57,735 nucleotides of DNA from an uncultured Acidobacteriaceae bacterium (GTDB taxonomy: Bacteria > Acidobacteriota > Terriglobia > Terriglobales > Acidobacteriaceae), in the NCBI GenBank assembly GCA_964250745.1, contig CAXUHL010000001.1, positions 1-57,735 of the forward strand, given 5' to 3'. Every line of letters begins with the position of its first letter. Position 1 is the first letter of the stretch. The notes below the pieces were generated by a model, which had not been told where the DNA came from, made no database searches, and worked only from the letters and a program-made list of their open reading frames with translations. Positions 49,069 through 57,735 of this stretch are shown here, in pieces. Made by a program: the position numbers and the translations under genes.

Positions 49069-50229
49069 TTGGCGCGCATCTTCCTCTCCGCGGGCGAGGC
49101 GAGCGGGGAGCGGTACGGGGTCGCGCTGATGGAGGCGCTGCGGCCGTCGGGGGCCGAGTTCCTCGGCCTCGGCGGCGCGCGCATGGAGGCGGCCGGGCTG
49201 CGCCGCATCGCGCGCGCCGAGGATATCGCCGTCATGGGCATCACCGAGATCGTCCGGCACATTCCCCGGATTTACCGCGAATACCGGAAGCTGCGCCGGG
49301 CTTTGCTCACCGAAAAACCGGACGTGCTGGTCTTGATCGACTTTCCCGACGTGAACCTGGGGCTGGCGAAGCGGGCGAGGCAGCTCGGCATCCCGGTGGT
49401 TTTCTTCGTGAGCCCCCAGGTTTGGGCGTGGAAGCAGCACCGTTTGCCGCGCATCCGGCGCGATGTGGACCGGATGCTGGTCATCTTCCCGTTCGAGGAG
49501 CCCTGGTACCGCGCGCGCGGGGTCGATGCAACCTTTGTCGGGCACCCCCTGGCGGGGCTGCCGCTGCCGACAGTTTCGCGCGAGGCGTTCGCGGCTGCGC
49601 ATGGGCTGGACGTCGGCAAGCCGTGGATCGGCCTGCTGCCGGGGAGCCGTCCGGGTGAGATCGCGCTGAACCTGCCCGCGATGCTGGGCGCGGCGCGGCT
49701 GCTCGGACCGGGGTATGAGTACGTGCTGCCGCTCGCGCCGACCCTGACCGCTTTCCAGGTCGCGCGTGTTGAAGGGCTCCTCGGGCAGGCACCCGTCAAA
49801 ATGGCCCGCGAAGCCCGCGCCGCGCTCCACCATGCCCGCGCGAGCCTCGTCGCGAGCGGCACCGCGACGGTCGAGGCCGCGCTGATCGGCAATCCGTTCG
49901 TGGTGGTCTACCGGCTTTCGCGCCTTTCCCACGCGGTTGCCCGGCGCGTCGTCAAGGTCCGGCACGTGGCCATGGCGAACCTGATCGCCGGCCGGCGGGT
50001 CGTCCCGGAGCTGATCCAGGACGCCTTTACCCCGGAGGCGGCCGCCGCCGCGCTCGGCCCCCTGCTGGCCGACAGCCCCGAGCGCCGGGCGATGATCGAT
50101 TCGTTGCATCAAATCCGCGTGGCTCTCCAAACGGAAACAAGCGCGATCGGGACCGTGGCCGCGCACGTCCTTTCCCTGCTGCCCGGGTCTAAACCGATGA
50201 GCACGCGACCGATGAGCCTCGCCCTATGA
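49069..50229 (+). CDS. lpxB: Lipid-A-disaccharide synthase
   Basis: SAGEASG, IDFPDVN, SPQVWAW, FVGHP, LLPGSR, SGTATVE, PELIQ. Confidence 0.95.
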   Translation: MARIFLSAGEASGERYGVALMEALRPSGAEFLGLGGARMEAAGLRRIARAEDIAVMGITEIVRHIPRIYREYRKLRRALLTEKPDVLVLIDFPDVNLGLAKRARQLGIPVVFFVSPQVWAWKQHRLPRIRRDVDRMLVIFPFEEPWYRARGVDATFVGHPLAGLPLPTVSREAFAAAHGLDVGKPWIGLLPGSRPGEIALNLPAMLGAARLLGPGYEYVLPLAPTLTAFQVARVEGLLGQAPVKMAREARAALHHARASLVASGTATVEAALIGNPFVVVYRLSRLSHAVARRVVKVRHVAMANLIAGRRVVPELIQDAFTPEAAAAALGPLLADSPERRAMIDSLHQIRVALQTETSAIGTVAAHVLSLLPGSKPMSTRPMSLAL

Positions 50230-52550
50230 GACTTTTGAGCACGACACTTTTGAGCACGACACTTTTGAGCACGACACTTTTGAGCACGACCCCTGCCCTG
50301 TTGTTCCTGTCCGGATCCCCGCTGTTCGCCGCCGAAGCCAAGCCGCCCATCGAGGTGACCGGCTATGTGCTCGACGCGCAGGTGAACCCGTCGGCCCATA
50401 CCCTCACCGCGCAGGCCAAGGTCACCTTCATCGCGAACCAGGCCGGCGACGCGGCGAACTTCGAGCTGCACGGCGCCCTGCGGGTGACCGAGGTGCGCGA
50501 CGCGAGCGGGGCCTCGCTCAACGGCGAGCGCGGGGCGAACGCGACCGTCCGGGTCACGCCCGCGCAGCCGCTGGTCGCGGGGCAGACCTACACCTGGACC
50601 TTCCTGTACAACGGCGCGCTGACGAGTGCCGACGGCGGCCCGGTCGAGGGGCTCAAGCTCGCTTCCATCGATGACCCGATCTCGTACCTGCTGTATGCGG
50701 GCCGATGGTTCCCGCTGGTCGGCTACACCACCGACCGCTTCACGGCGGAGATGCACGTCTACGTGCCCGCGGGCTATACAGTGGTTGGCTCGGGCGCGAC
50801 CAACGCCCCTACCGCGCCGGGCAAGGTGGTCAATGCGGAGCAGGCCCACCGCGACGCCGCGCCCCTGCCCGGCCAGGGCGGCGACTCCGGCCCGCAGCTG
50901 CAGCGCCGGGGCGAGGCGGCCGCCCAGGCACCGACCACCGCGAGCGAACAACGCAAGAAGAACGGCACCGCCGAGCCGGACAGCGAGGCCGACGCGCCGG
51001 AGCGCCCGTCCGTCAAAGCCGCCCCCGCGAAGGCGCCGCTCACCCCGGCCGCGAAGGCCAGGGCCGCGCGCGCTGCCCGAGTTGCCGCCACGACCAAGCC
51101 CGCCGCCACACGTCCCACGACCGCGAACCTGGCCCTTCCCGGCGGGCAGGAGTTCGACTTCTCCTGGACCAAGCCGGGCTTTCCCGGGACGCTGGTCATC
51201 GGCAAGTTCCTGCCGCCCGTCACCGAGACCGGCTCGCCCAACATCAAGGTCTACACGACGGACGCGCACCAGGCCTCGGCGGCCGCCTACGCCGACACCG
51301 CCAACCGCGAGTTCGCCTTCTACTCAAGTACCTTCGGCCTTGCTGAGTCGAACAAGCTGAACATCGTCGAGCTGCCCGACGACACGGTTCCCGCGGCCTG
51401 GGCGCCGGAGATCGCTGCCATCGCCGGCGGGCGCATAGCCAACAAGTCCGACGCGCGCCTGCTCGCGAACACCGTCGCGCACCAGTGGTGGGGCTCGGCG
51501 GTGAGCCCGGCGACGCTCAACGACACCTGGATCACCAACGGAATGGCCCGCTACGCGGAGCTGCTCTACGTCGAGGACCAGGGGGGCAAACCGGCGCTCC
51601 AGGCCGCCGTGCAGGACGTCTCCGCGGGCGCGCTCGCCTACGACACCATCCCGCTCACCAGTGCGGGACGCTTGCAGGTGTTTTCACCGGAGTTCCAGTC
51701 GCTCACGCTCGAGAAGGGTGCGATGGTCTTCCACATGCTGCGCTGGGAGGCCGGGGACGAGGGCTTTCTGAAGATCATGCGGGCCGCGCAGACCCAGTTC
51801 GCCGACAAGGGCATCACCACCTCGGAGTTCGAGAAGCTGACCGAAGCGCAAATCCAGCAGCCGCTCACTGCCTTCTTCTCGCAGTGGCTCGACGGAACGG
51901 GCGCGCCGCAGTTCGTCGACAAGTACGCGGTGTACCGTCTGGGCAACGACAAAGGCTTCCGCACCATCGGCACCGTCGGGCAGGACCTGGACCTGTTCAA
52001 CATGCCCGTCGACCTGCGGGTCCAGACCGAGGGCAAGACGGAGGACAAGCGGGTCGAAGTCGAAGGCACCACTTCGCAGTACGTGGTCGACACCTTCGGC
52101 TCGCCGCGCCGCATCCAGGTGGACCCGGACAACTGGATTCTGAAGGTGACCCCCGATCTGCAGGTGCGCGTGGCCATCCTGCGCGGTCAGCAGCTGGTGG
52201 GGCAGAACGATTTCGCCGGGGCCCTCGCGGAGTTCCAGAAGGCGCTAGCCGCCAATCCGGCTTCCTCGCTCGCGAACTACCGCATCGGCGAGCTCCTGTT
52301 CACCCAGCGCAACTACCAGGCCGCCGCCAACAGCTACCGCGACGCCCTGCGCGGGGACGGCGAGCCCGGCTGGACGCAGGTGTGGAGCCACATCGCGCTC
52401 GGCAAGATCTTCGACGCGACCGGCCAGCGCGACCGCGCGGTGAACGAGTACCGCCAGGCCGTGCAGACCAATGACAACACGCAAGGGGCGCTAAACGAGG
52501 CGCGGTTGTACTTGAAAGGGCCGTACAAGCGGCCGGACCAGGCGGAGTGA
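50226..52550 (+). CDS. Secreted M1 aminopeptidase-fold protein with C-terminal TPRs; catalytic motif degenerate
   Basis: Signal peptide; ANTVAHQWWG, WITNGMARY, EKGAMVFHMLR, FFSQWL, VDPDNW; TPR-like tail; ATGA overlap with lpxB. Confidence 0.85.
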   Translation: MRLLSTTLLSTTLLSTTLLSTTPALLFLSGSPLFAAEAKPPIEVTGYVLDAQVNPSAHTLTAQAKVTFIANQAGDAANFELHGALRVTEVRDASGASLNGERGANATVRVTPAQPLVAGQTYTWTFLYNGALTSADGGPVEGLKLASIDDPISYLLYAGRWFPLVGYTTDRFTAEMHVYVPAGYTVVGSGATNAPTAPGKVVNAEQAHRDAAPLPGQGGDSGPQLQRRGEAAAQAPTTASEQRKKNGTAEPDSEADAPERPSVKAAPAKAPLTPAAKARAARAARVAATTKPAATRPTTANLALPGGQEFDFSWTKPGFPGTLVIGKFLPPVTETGSPNIKVYTTDAHQASAAAYADTANREFAFYSSTFGLAESNKLNIVELPDDTVPAAWAPEIAAIAGGRIANKSDARLLANTVAHQWWGSAVSPATLNDTWITNGMARYAELLYVEDQGGKPALQAAVQDVSAGALAYDTIPLTSAGRLQVFSPEFQSLTLEKGAMVFHMLRWEAGDEGFLKIMRAAQTQFADKGITTSEFEKLTEAQIQQPLTAFFSQWLDGTGAPQFVDKYAVYRLGNDKGFRTIGTVGQDLDLFNMPVDLRVQTEGKTEDKRVEVEGTTSQYVVDTFGSPRRIQVDPDNWILKVTPDLQVRVAILRGQQLVGQNDFAGALAEFQKALAANPASSLANYRIGELLFTQRNYQAAANSYRDALRGDGEPGWTQVWSHIALGKIFDATGQRDRAVNEYRQAVQTNDNTQGALNEARLYLKGPYKRPDQAE
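50231..50290 (+). repeat. Perfect tandem repeat 4 x ACTTTTGAGCACGAC
   Basis: Copies start at 50231, 50246, 50261 and 50276; encode (LLSTT)4. Confidence 0.97.
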
Positions 52551-52612
52551 TTTGCCGCTTTCCGGGCAGGCGTCCGCGGGGTAAGCTCTAAGGGACTGGA
52601 TGGAGGCAGGCT

Positions 52613-53137
52613 ATGGAAACCGCGCACGCAGTCAGCGTCGAAGAGTATCTCAATACGTCCTACGAGTACGATCCGGAGTTAATCGACGGGTATTTGAGGG
52701 AGCGACCCATGCCCACAAATCTTCACGCCTTCGTTCAGGCGATGGTCGTGTATTGGTTTGCAATGCACATGGACGAATGGAGCGTCATGCCTCTGCCTGA
52801 GGTACGGACGCGGGTGACCTCGTCCAACTTTCGTTTACCGGATGTCGCGATTACTCATCTGGGTCCGATTCGAGGAAAAACACAGGATGCTCCGCCTCTG
52901 ATCGCCATTGAGGTTCTCTCCCCCGACGACAGAATTTCAGATCTTAGTGACCGAGCGACCGACTTCAGCCGGGTGGGCGTGGAACATATCTGGCTGATCG
53001 ACCCTGAGACACGGGAGACGTTTTCCTGGGCAGGGACGAAGGAAAAATCCTGGCTGCCGGCAGACCGCCTGGAAGTTCCGGGCACCGCCATGTATCTCGA
53101 TCTGGGCTGGCTTTGGAGCAAAATCCCTCAGGAGTAA
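52613..53137 (+). CDS. Uma2 family endonuclease-like protein
   Basis: SVEEYL, ELIDGYLRER, FRLPDV, IEVLSPDD, WLIDP; GGAGG RBS. Confidence 0.9.
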   Translation: METAHAVSVEEYLNTSYEYDPELIDGYLRERPMPTNLHAFVQAMVVYWFAMHMDEWSVMPLPEVRTRVTSSNFRLPDVAITHLGPIRGKTQDAPPLIAIEVLSPDDRISDLSDRATDFSRVGVEHIWLIDPETRETFSWAGTKEKSWLPADRLEVPGTAMYLDLGWLWSKIPQE

Positions 53138-53146
53138 GCTGACACT

Positions 53147-53518
53147 ATGACGGTTCGGTTCGAAACCGCAGTTCCCGTACTGCCCTGCGCGGACGTGAAA
53201 GTCTCGCTCGCGTGGTGGATCTCGGTTTGCGGGTTTACCGAGGAGTTCAGCTACGGCAACCCGCTGAGTTACGCCGGGATCAGCCGGGATACCGTGCGCA
53301 TCCGCTTTGCGTTAGTCGGCGGTCTTGAGTCGGCGCGTACTGTCGGAGACCAAACGATGTTACGAATCCAGGTCGCGGAACTGGAAGAATGGTTTGTTCA
53401 GTATCAAGCCCGGGGCGGTAAGGTCCACCCAAACGGTGACCTTACCCGCAAGCCTTGGGGTTCGTTGGAGTTTGCGGCGATTGACCCTTGCGGCGTCTGT
53501 GTGACTTTCTTCGGTTAA
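53147..53518 (+). CDS. VOC family (glyoxalase/bleomycin resistance) protein
   Basis: PVLPCADV, KPWGSLEFAAIDPCG. Confidence 0.85.
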   Translation: MTVRFETAVPVLPCADVKVSLAWWISVCGFTEEFSYGNPLSYAGISRDTVRIRFALVGGLESARTVGDQTMLRIQVAELEEWFVQYQARGGKVHPNGDLTRKPWGSLEFAAIDPCGVCVTFFG

Positions 53519-53563
53519 GAGGTGCCCTGAATAAGAGGCTGCTTCGTGATGACGGCGGGTGGT

Positions 53564-54112
53564 CTACGGAAGGGCTCGGGTGTCCTGCTCTACAATCACG
53601 CGGGCTCCGAGCTCACGCAGGAAGCGCTCAACCCCGGCGAGGTTCTCGGGCGTGCAGGCGGGCGCATGAGTAAGTTCGCATTTAAAGGGTAAGTCGGCGA
53701 GCATACGCAGACCGAAGCATTGGCCCGGCCGATAGGTACACGAGGCCAGGTCGGCGATGCTGAGTGCCTCGGTCGGGGTAATGAAGATGGTATGCGGCGG
53801 AGCCATACGGTCCAGCATGGTCAGGATTTCGAGCTTCGATTCGAGCTCGTCCGGGACGGTGTCGATCACCAGATCGGCATCGCGAACGGCATCCTCGATG
53901 CTGGCGGCGTAGCGGGGTTCCTCGCCCGGTGCGAACACCGAAGCAGCGCGGCGCAGGTTACCCGGCAGCACGTCTTCGAGCACGGTATCGAACCCGGCGC
54001 GGACGCACAGCGCGGCCAGGCGCGGGCCGGAGATCGCCCCGCCCCCGCCCGCGCCGATGATGGCGACGCGACGGATGGTTCGTTCAGTCTGGACGCCGTG
54101 AGAAGGACTCAT
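53564..54112 (-). CDS. Stand-alone 3-hydroxyacyl-CoA dehydrogenase NAD-binding-domain protein
   Basis: VAIIGAG, DADLVIDTVPDELESK; lacks C-terminal domain. Confidence 0.75.
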   Translation of the reverse strand: MSPSHGVQTERTIRRVAIIGAGGGGAISGPRLAALCVRAGFDTVLEDVLPGNLRRAASVFAPGEEPRYAASIEDAVRDADLVIDTVPDELESKLEILTMLDRMAPPHTIFITPTEALSIADLASCTYRPGQCFGLRMLADLPFKCELTHAPACTPENLAGVERFLRELGARVIVEQDTRALP

Positions 54113-54158
54113 GTTTGTCGAGAGCGCGCTCAGAAAGCGACGCTCGTGCCCGGCGAGC

Positions 54159-54350
54159 CTACGCCGTCTTTGCTTCGGTCAGCTTGGTGACCACCGACTG
54201 CACGCTCGGCTCGGACTTCTGAAGGTACTCGCTCACGCGCGTGCGCTCCTCCGGGGTGAGCGAGGCCGACAGCGCGAGGATGCGGCGCAGCGTCACGGAA
54301 ACATCGTCTACATAGTTCATCAAGCGGATCGCTTCGCCGGAAAGTGGCAT
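54159..54350 (-). CDS. Hypothetical protein (63 aa, helical)
   Basis: GAGGAG RBS before ATG 54350; MPLSGEAIRLMNYVDDV. Confidence 0.7.
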   Translation of the reverse strand: MPLSGEAIRLMNYVDDVSVTLRRILALSASLTPEERTRVSEYLQKSEPSVQSVVTKLTEAKTA

Positions 54351-54409
54351 GGGGCTCCTCAGGGTGGCTGTCTTCTCGAGTATAGATGCGCCTGCATCCA
54401 AGCGGGAAT

Positions 54410-57271
54410 ATGGACGATTGCCTGCGCACGACCCTTGCCGCCGAAGCCCGCACCCCAGGCGCAACCTACCGGCTCCAGATGCACAAGGAGTTCACCTTCG
54501 CGGACGCGACGGCGATCGTGCCCTACCTCGAGAAGCTGGGCATCACCGATGCCTACCTGTCGCCGATCTTCGAGGCGCGGCCCGGCTCCATGCACGGCTA
54601 CGACGTGGTTCGGCACGACTGCCTGAACCCGGAGCTGGGCGGCGAAGGGGGCTTCGGCGGGCTGACCGAGGCCCTGCGCGCGCGCGAAATGGGCCTGCTG
54701 CTCGACACCGTGCCGAACCACATGGGAGTCGGCAACCAGTCCGTGTGGTGGCAGGACGTGCTCGAGAACGGCCGCGCCTCCGAGTTTTCGGGCTACTTCG
54801 ACATCGACTGGGAGCCGCTGAAGCCGGACATGCAGAACCGTCTGCTGCTGCCGATCCTGGGCAAGCAATACGGCGAGGCGCTCGAGGACGGAGAGCTCCA
54901 GGTCGCGTTCGAGGGGGGCCGCGCGCTGCTCAAGTATTTCGACCACGTCCAGCCCCTTGCGCCGCGGCCGCTGCCCATGCTCTTCCCCCAGGAGCGGGAC
55001 GGAGAGTGGGGCATCACGCCGAAGTTCCGGGCGCTGCTGGAGGAGCTGAAAACCCTGCCCCCGCACGAGAGCACCGACCCCGGCACGGTAGCAGGGCGGC
55101 GAGCGCGGCTGCGGGAGCTCAAGCCTCGGCTCCAGGCCATGCTGGGCGATCCCGCGCTCCAGCCCGCGCTCCAGAAAGCCGCCGCTGCGGTGAACGGCAC
55201 GCCGGGTGACCCTCGCTCGTTCGACGCGCTGCACGGGTTGCTGAATGCGCAGCCCTACCGGCTCGCGTACTGGCGCACGTCGAGCGAGCAGATCAACTAC
55301 CGGCGCTTCTTCGACGTGAACGATCTGGTCGGGCTCCGCATGGAGAACCCCGAAGTCTTCAACCGGACGCACACGCTGATCCGCAAGATGCTGGCCGACG
55401 GCGACGTGACCGGTTTACGCATCGACCACTGCGACGGAATGTTCAACCCGCGCGTGTACCTGGAGCGGCTGCAGCAGCTGTGCGCGGCGGCCCGGTGCTT
55501 CGGCCCGGTGATGAGCGAGGACTCTCCGGAAGGGATCGAGCAGCAGGTTCTCGATGGGACCCGGAGCTCGGATTGGGCGACGCTGCCGCTCTACTGCGTG
55601 GTCGAGAAAATCCTGGAGCCCGGCGAGACACTGCCCAAAGTGTGGGCCGTCCAAGGCACCTCCGGCTACGACTTCGTCCATTTCGCGAACCAGTTCTTCA
55701 TCCAGCCGGCCAACAAGGCCCGCTTCGACGCGATCTACTCGGAGTTCATCGGCGGACGGGTCAACCCGGCGCGGGTCATCTACGAGTCCAAGCGCAATGT
55801 CATGCTCTCTTCCCTGTCGAGCGAGCTCCAGGTGCTGGCCAACCTGCTCTCGCATCTGGCCCGGGCGGACCGGCGGGTGCGCGACTTCACCGACGCGCTG
55901 CTCGAAACGGTCCTGCGCGAGACCATCGCGTGCTTCCCCATCTACCGCACCTACATCGACGAGCGCGGCGAGTACTCGGACGAGGACAAGCGCACCATCC
56001 GGACCGCGATCCGCGCGGCCAAGCGGCGCAACCCCGGCGTGGACGCCTCGGCTTTCGACTACCTGCAGAGGGTGCTGCTGCTCGAAGCACGGCCGGACGG
56101 GGACGAGGCGCAGATCTACTTCGCGCTCAAGTTCCAGCAGCTGACCGGCCCGGTGATGGCCAAGGGCGTCGAGGACACCAGCTTCTACGTCTATTTTCGG
56201 TTTCTCTCGTCGAACGAGGTCGGCTCGGCGATGGAGGCGTTCGGGCTGAAGCCGGAGACGCTGCACAAGGCCAACGCCGAGCGGCTCAGGAATACTCCGC
56301 ACGCCATGCTCACCACTTCCACCCACGACACCAAGCGCAGCGAAGACGTGCGCAACCGGCTCAACGTGCTCTCCGAGATGCCGGACCGGTGGGAGGCCAC
56401 GGTCAAACGCTGGGCGGCGGACAACGCCGGATGCAAGACCGAGCTCGAGGACGGGGCAGTCGCCCCCGACGCGAACGAGGAGTACCTGGTCTACCAGACC
56501 ATCGTGGGCGCATGGCCCTGGATGAAGGTCGATCAGGAGGGCTTCGCCGGGCGCGTGAAGGAGTACCTGGCCAAGGCTCTGAGCGAGGGCAAGGTCAATG
56601 TGAGCTGGATCAATCCGCGGCCGGAGTACACCGAGGCGGTGCAGGGGTTCGTGGACAAGGCGCTGGCCCGGCCCGAGTTCCTCGCGCAGCTTGAGGATCT
56701 CCTGGCGAGTGTGCGGGTCCATGGCGCGGTCAACTCGCTGGCCCAGATGGTGCTCAAGGCGACCTCGCCGGGGGTGCCAGACTTTTATCAAGGGACCGAT
56801 ATGTGGGACCTGAGCCTTGTGGACCCGGACAACCGGCGGCCGGTGGACTACACCCACCGGGTCGAAGCCTTGAAGGCGTTCGACAAGCCCGATGCCTACA
56901 AGGATGTGCTCGAGAATCTCGAAGACGGGCGGGTGAAGCTGTTCACCATGCAGCGGGTGCTCGCGGTGAGGAATGCGCATCGCGAGGCGTTCGATACGGG
57001 CGCCTACACGCCGGTCGAGGTCTCCGACCCGGAGCACGCCTTCGCCTACCTGCGCGGGGAAGACGTGCTGGTGGTGATCCCGCGGTTCACCTGGACGCTG
57101 ACGGACGGGAAACCCGAGCTGCCGCTGGGGCAGGCCTGGGACGAGTTGAGCGTATCCGTGCCGGAGGGGGCGTGGACCAATGCACTGACCGGGGCGGCGA
57201 TTCGAGGCGGCACCGTGGAGCTGGCGGAGGTGTTCGGGGAGTTTCCGGTGGCGATGTTTACGCGGGGCTAG
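54410..57271 (+). CDS. treY: Malto-oligosyltrehalose synthase
   Basis: ATYRLQ, GSMHGYDV, DTVPNHMG, NYRRFFDVN, GLRIDH, VVEKIL, STHDTKRSED, LVDPDNRRPVD. Confidence 0.96.
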   Translation: MDDCLRTTLAAEARTPGATYRLQMHKEFTFADATAIVPYLEKLGITDAYLSPIFEARPGSMHGYDVVRHDCLNPELGGEGGFGGLTEALRAREMGLLLDTVPNHMGVGNQSVWWQDVLENGRASEFSGYFDIDWEPLKPDMQNRLLLPILGKQYGEALEDGELQVAFEGGRALLKYFDHVQPLAPRPLPMLFPQERDGEWGITPKFRALLEELKTLPPHESTDPGTVAGRRARLRELKPRLQAMLGDPALQPALQKAAAAVNGTPGDPRSFDALHGLLNAQPYRLAYWRTSSEQINYRRFFDVNDLVGLRMENPEVFNRTHTLIRKMLADGDVTGLRIDHCDGMFNPRVYLERLQQLCAAARCFGPVMSEDSPEGIEQQVLDGTRSSDWATLPLYCVVEKILEPGETLPKVWAVQGTSGYDFVHFANQFFIQPANKARFDAIYSEFIGGRVNPARVIYESKRNVMLSSLSSELQVLANLLSHLARADRRVRDFTDALLETVLRETIACFPIYRTYIDERGEYSDEDKRTIRTAIRAAKRRNPGVDASAFDYLQRVLLLEARPDGDEAQIYFALKFQQLTGPVMAKGVEDTSFYVYFRFLSSNEVGSAMEAFGLKPETLHKANAERLRNTPHAMLTTSTHDTKRSEDVRNRLNVLSEMPDRWEATVKRWAADNAGCKTELEDGAVAPDANEEYLVYQTIVGAWPWMKVDQEGFAGRVKEYLAKALSEGKVNVSWINPRPEYTEAVQGFVDKALARPEFLAQLEDLLASVRVHGAVNSLAQMVLKATSPGVPDFYQGTDMWDLSLVDPDNRRPVDYTHRVEALKAFDKPDAYKDVLENLEDGRVKLFTMQRVLAVRNAHREAFDTGAYTPVEVSDPEHAFAYLRGEDVLVVIPRFTWTLTDGKPELPLGQAWDELSVSVPEGAWTNALTGAAIRGGTVELAEVFGEFPVAMFTRG

Positions 57272-57360
57272 GGTCACCCTGAGGAGCGGAGCGACGAAGG
57301 ACCTGCTTTTCGCAGGTCTGCGGGCAAAAAGCAGATCCTTCGCTTCGCTCAGGAAGACCC
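57271..57360. repeat. REP-like palindrome, copy C (most complete)
   Basis: GGGTCACCCTGAG..CGAAGGACCTGCTTTT / AAAAGCAGATCCTTCG..CTCAGGAAGACCC; between convergent treY and malQ. Confidence 0.85.
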
Positions 57361-57376
57361 GAAATCATGGGACGGC

Positions 57377-57735
57377 TCACGCCGTTGCTTCCTCTTTCAG
57401 CTTCAACAACTCCCGCTCCGCCTCCAGCGTCCGGTCCGCGCCGTCGGTGATCGCGAACAGCTTGGCCGCGATCTCCTTGGTCAGCGCAGACTGATCCACG
57501 CGCCAGCTCCAGTTGCCGGTTGCGGCGGAGGGCACGTTCATGCGCCCTTCCGTCCCGATGCCCAGGATATCCTGCACCGGAAACAGACAAAGATCGGCGA
57601 CCGAAGACGACGCGGCCCGCAGCAGCGACCAGGCCGGCCCGTCCTCGCCCAGGCCGGCGTACATGGTCACGGCCAGCTTCTCCGCCGGGGTCGCGCCGGT
57701 CTGCCACCAGCCCAGGGTCGTGTCGTTGTCGTGCG
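57377..57735 (-). CDS. malQ: 4-alpha-glucanotransferase C-terminus (truncated by window edge)
   Basis: HDNDTTLGWW, PVQDILG, RMNVPS..GNWSWR. Confidence 0.9.
   Translation of the reverse strand, partial: HDNDTTLGWWQTGATPAEKLAVTMYAGLGEDGPAWSLLRAASSSVADLCLFPVQDILGIGTEGRMNVPSAATGNWSWRVDQSALTKEIAAKLFAITDGADRTLEAERELLKLKEEATA

Noticed and set aside
50231-50290. CRISPR array
   Set aside because: Contiguous 15-bp units with no spacers, inside a CDS; no cas genes in the window

Overview
GC-rich (roughly 68-70% by eye) bacterial chromosome segment, probably from an Acidobacteriota (Acidobacteriaceae-like) genome; the taxon is inferred from gene content and repeat types. It carries about 46 genes. Housekeeping and envelope genes include ispA-like, citrate synthase, iscS, hemW, ltaE, lpxB, an ABC exporter and bshC. 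DNA repair is represented by PolX and LigD. There is a Wzx/Wzy-type exopolysaccharide locus (16.3-27.9 kb) and trehalose/alpha-glucan genes (glgE, treS-mak, treY, malQ). I found no rRNA, tRNA, CRISPR array, transposase or prophage. The best candidate for an undescribed system is an unannotated locus at 43095-43425 that is absent from the ORF track: a sigma70-like promoter, a structured leader, a strong RBS, a 27-aa cationic/hydrophobic ORF, and a convergent antisense promoter. This is the architecture of a type I toxin-antitoxin system. Other signals are an M1 aminopeptidase-TPR homologue lacking most catalytic residues (with a 4x15-bp VNTR) coupled to lpxB, a GT4-Wzx flippase fusion, a degenerate Ggs-like glycosyltransferase paired with a channel-like protein, two dispersed palindromic repeat families, a recurring GCATC promoter-like motif, and many apparently leaderless genes. 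All calls rest on motif recognition by eye; no searches were run.
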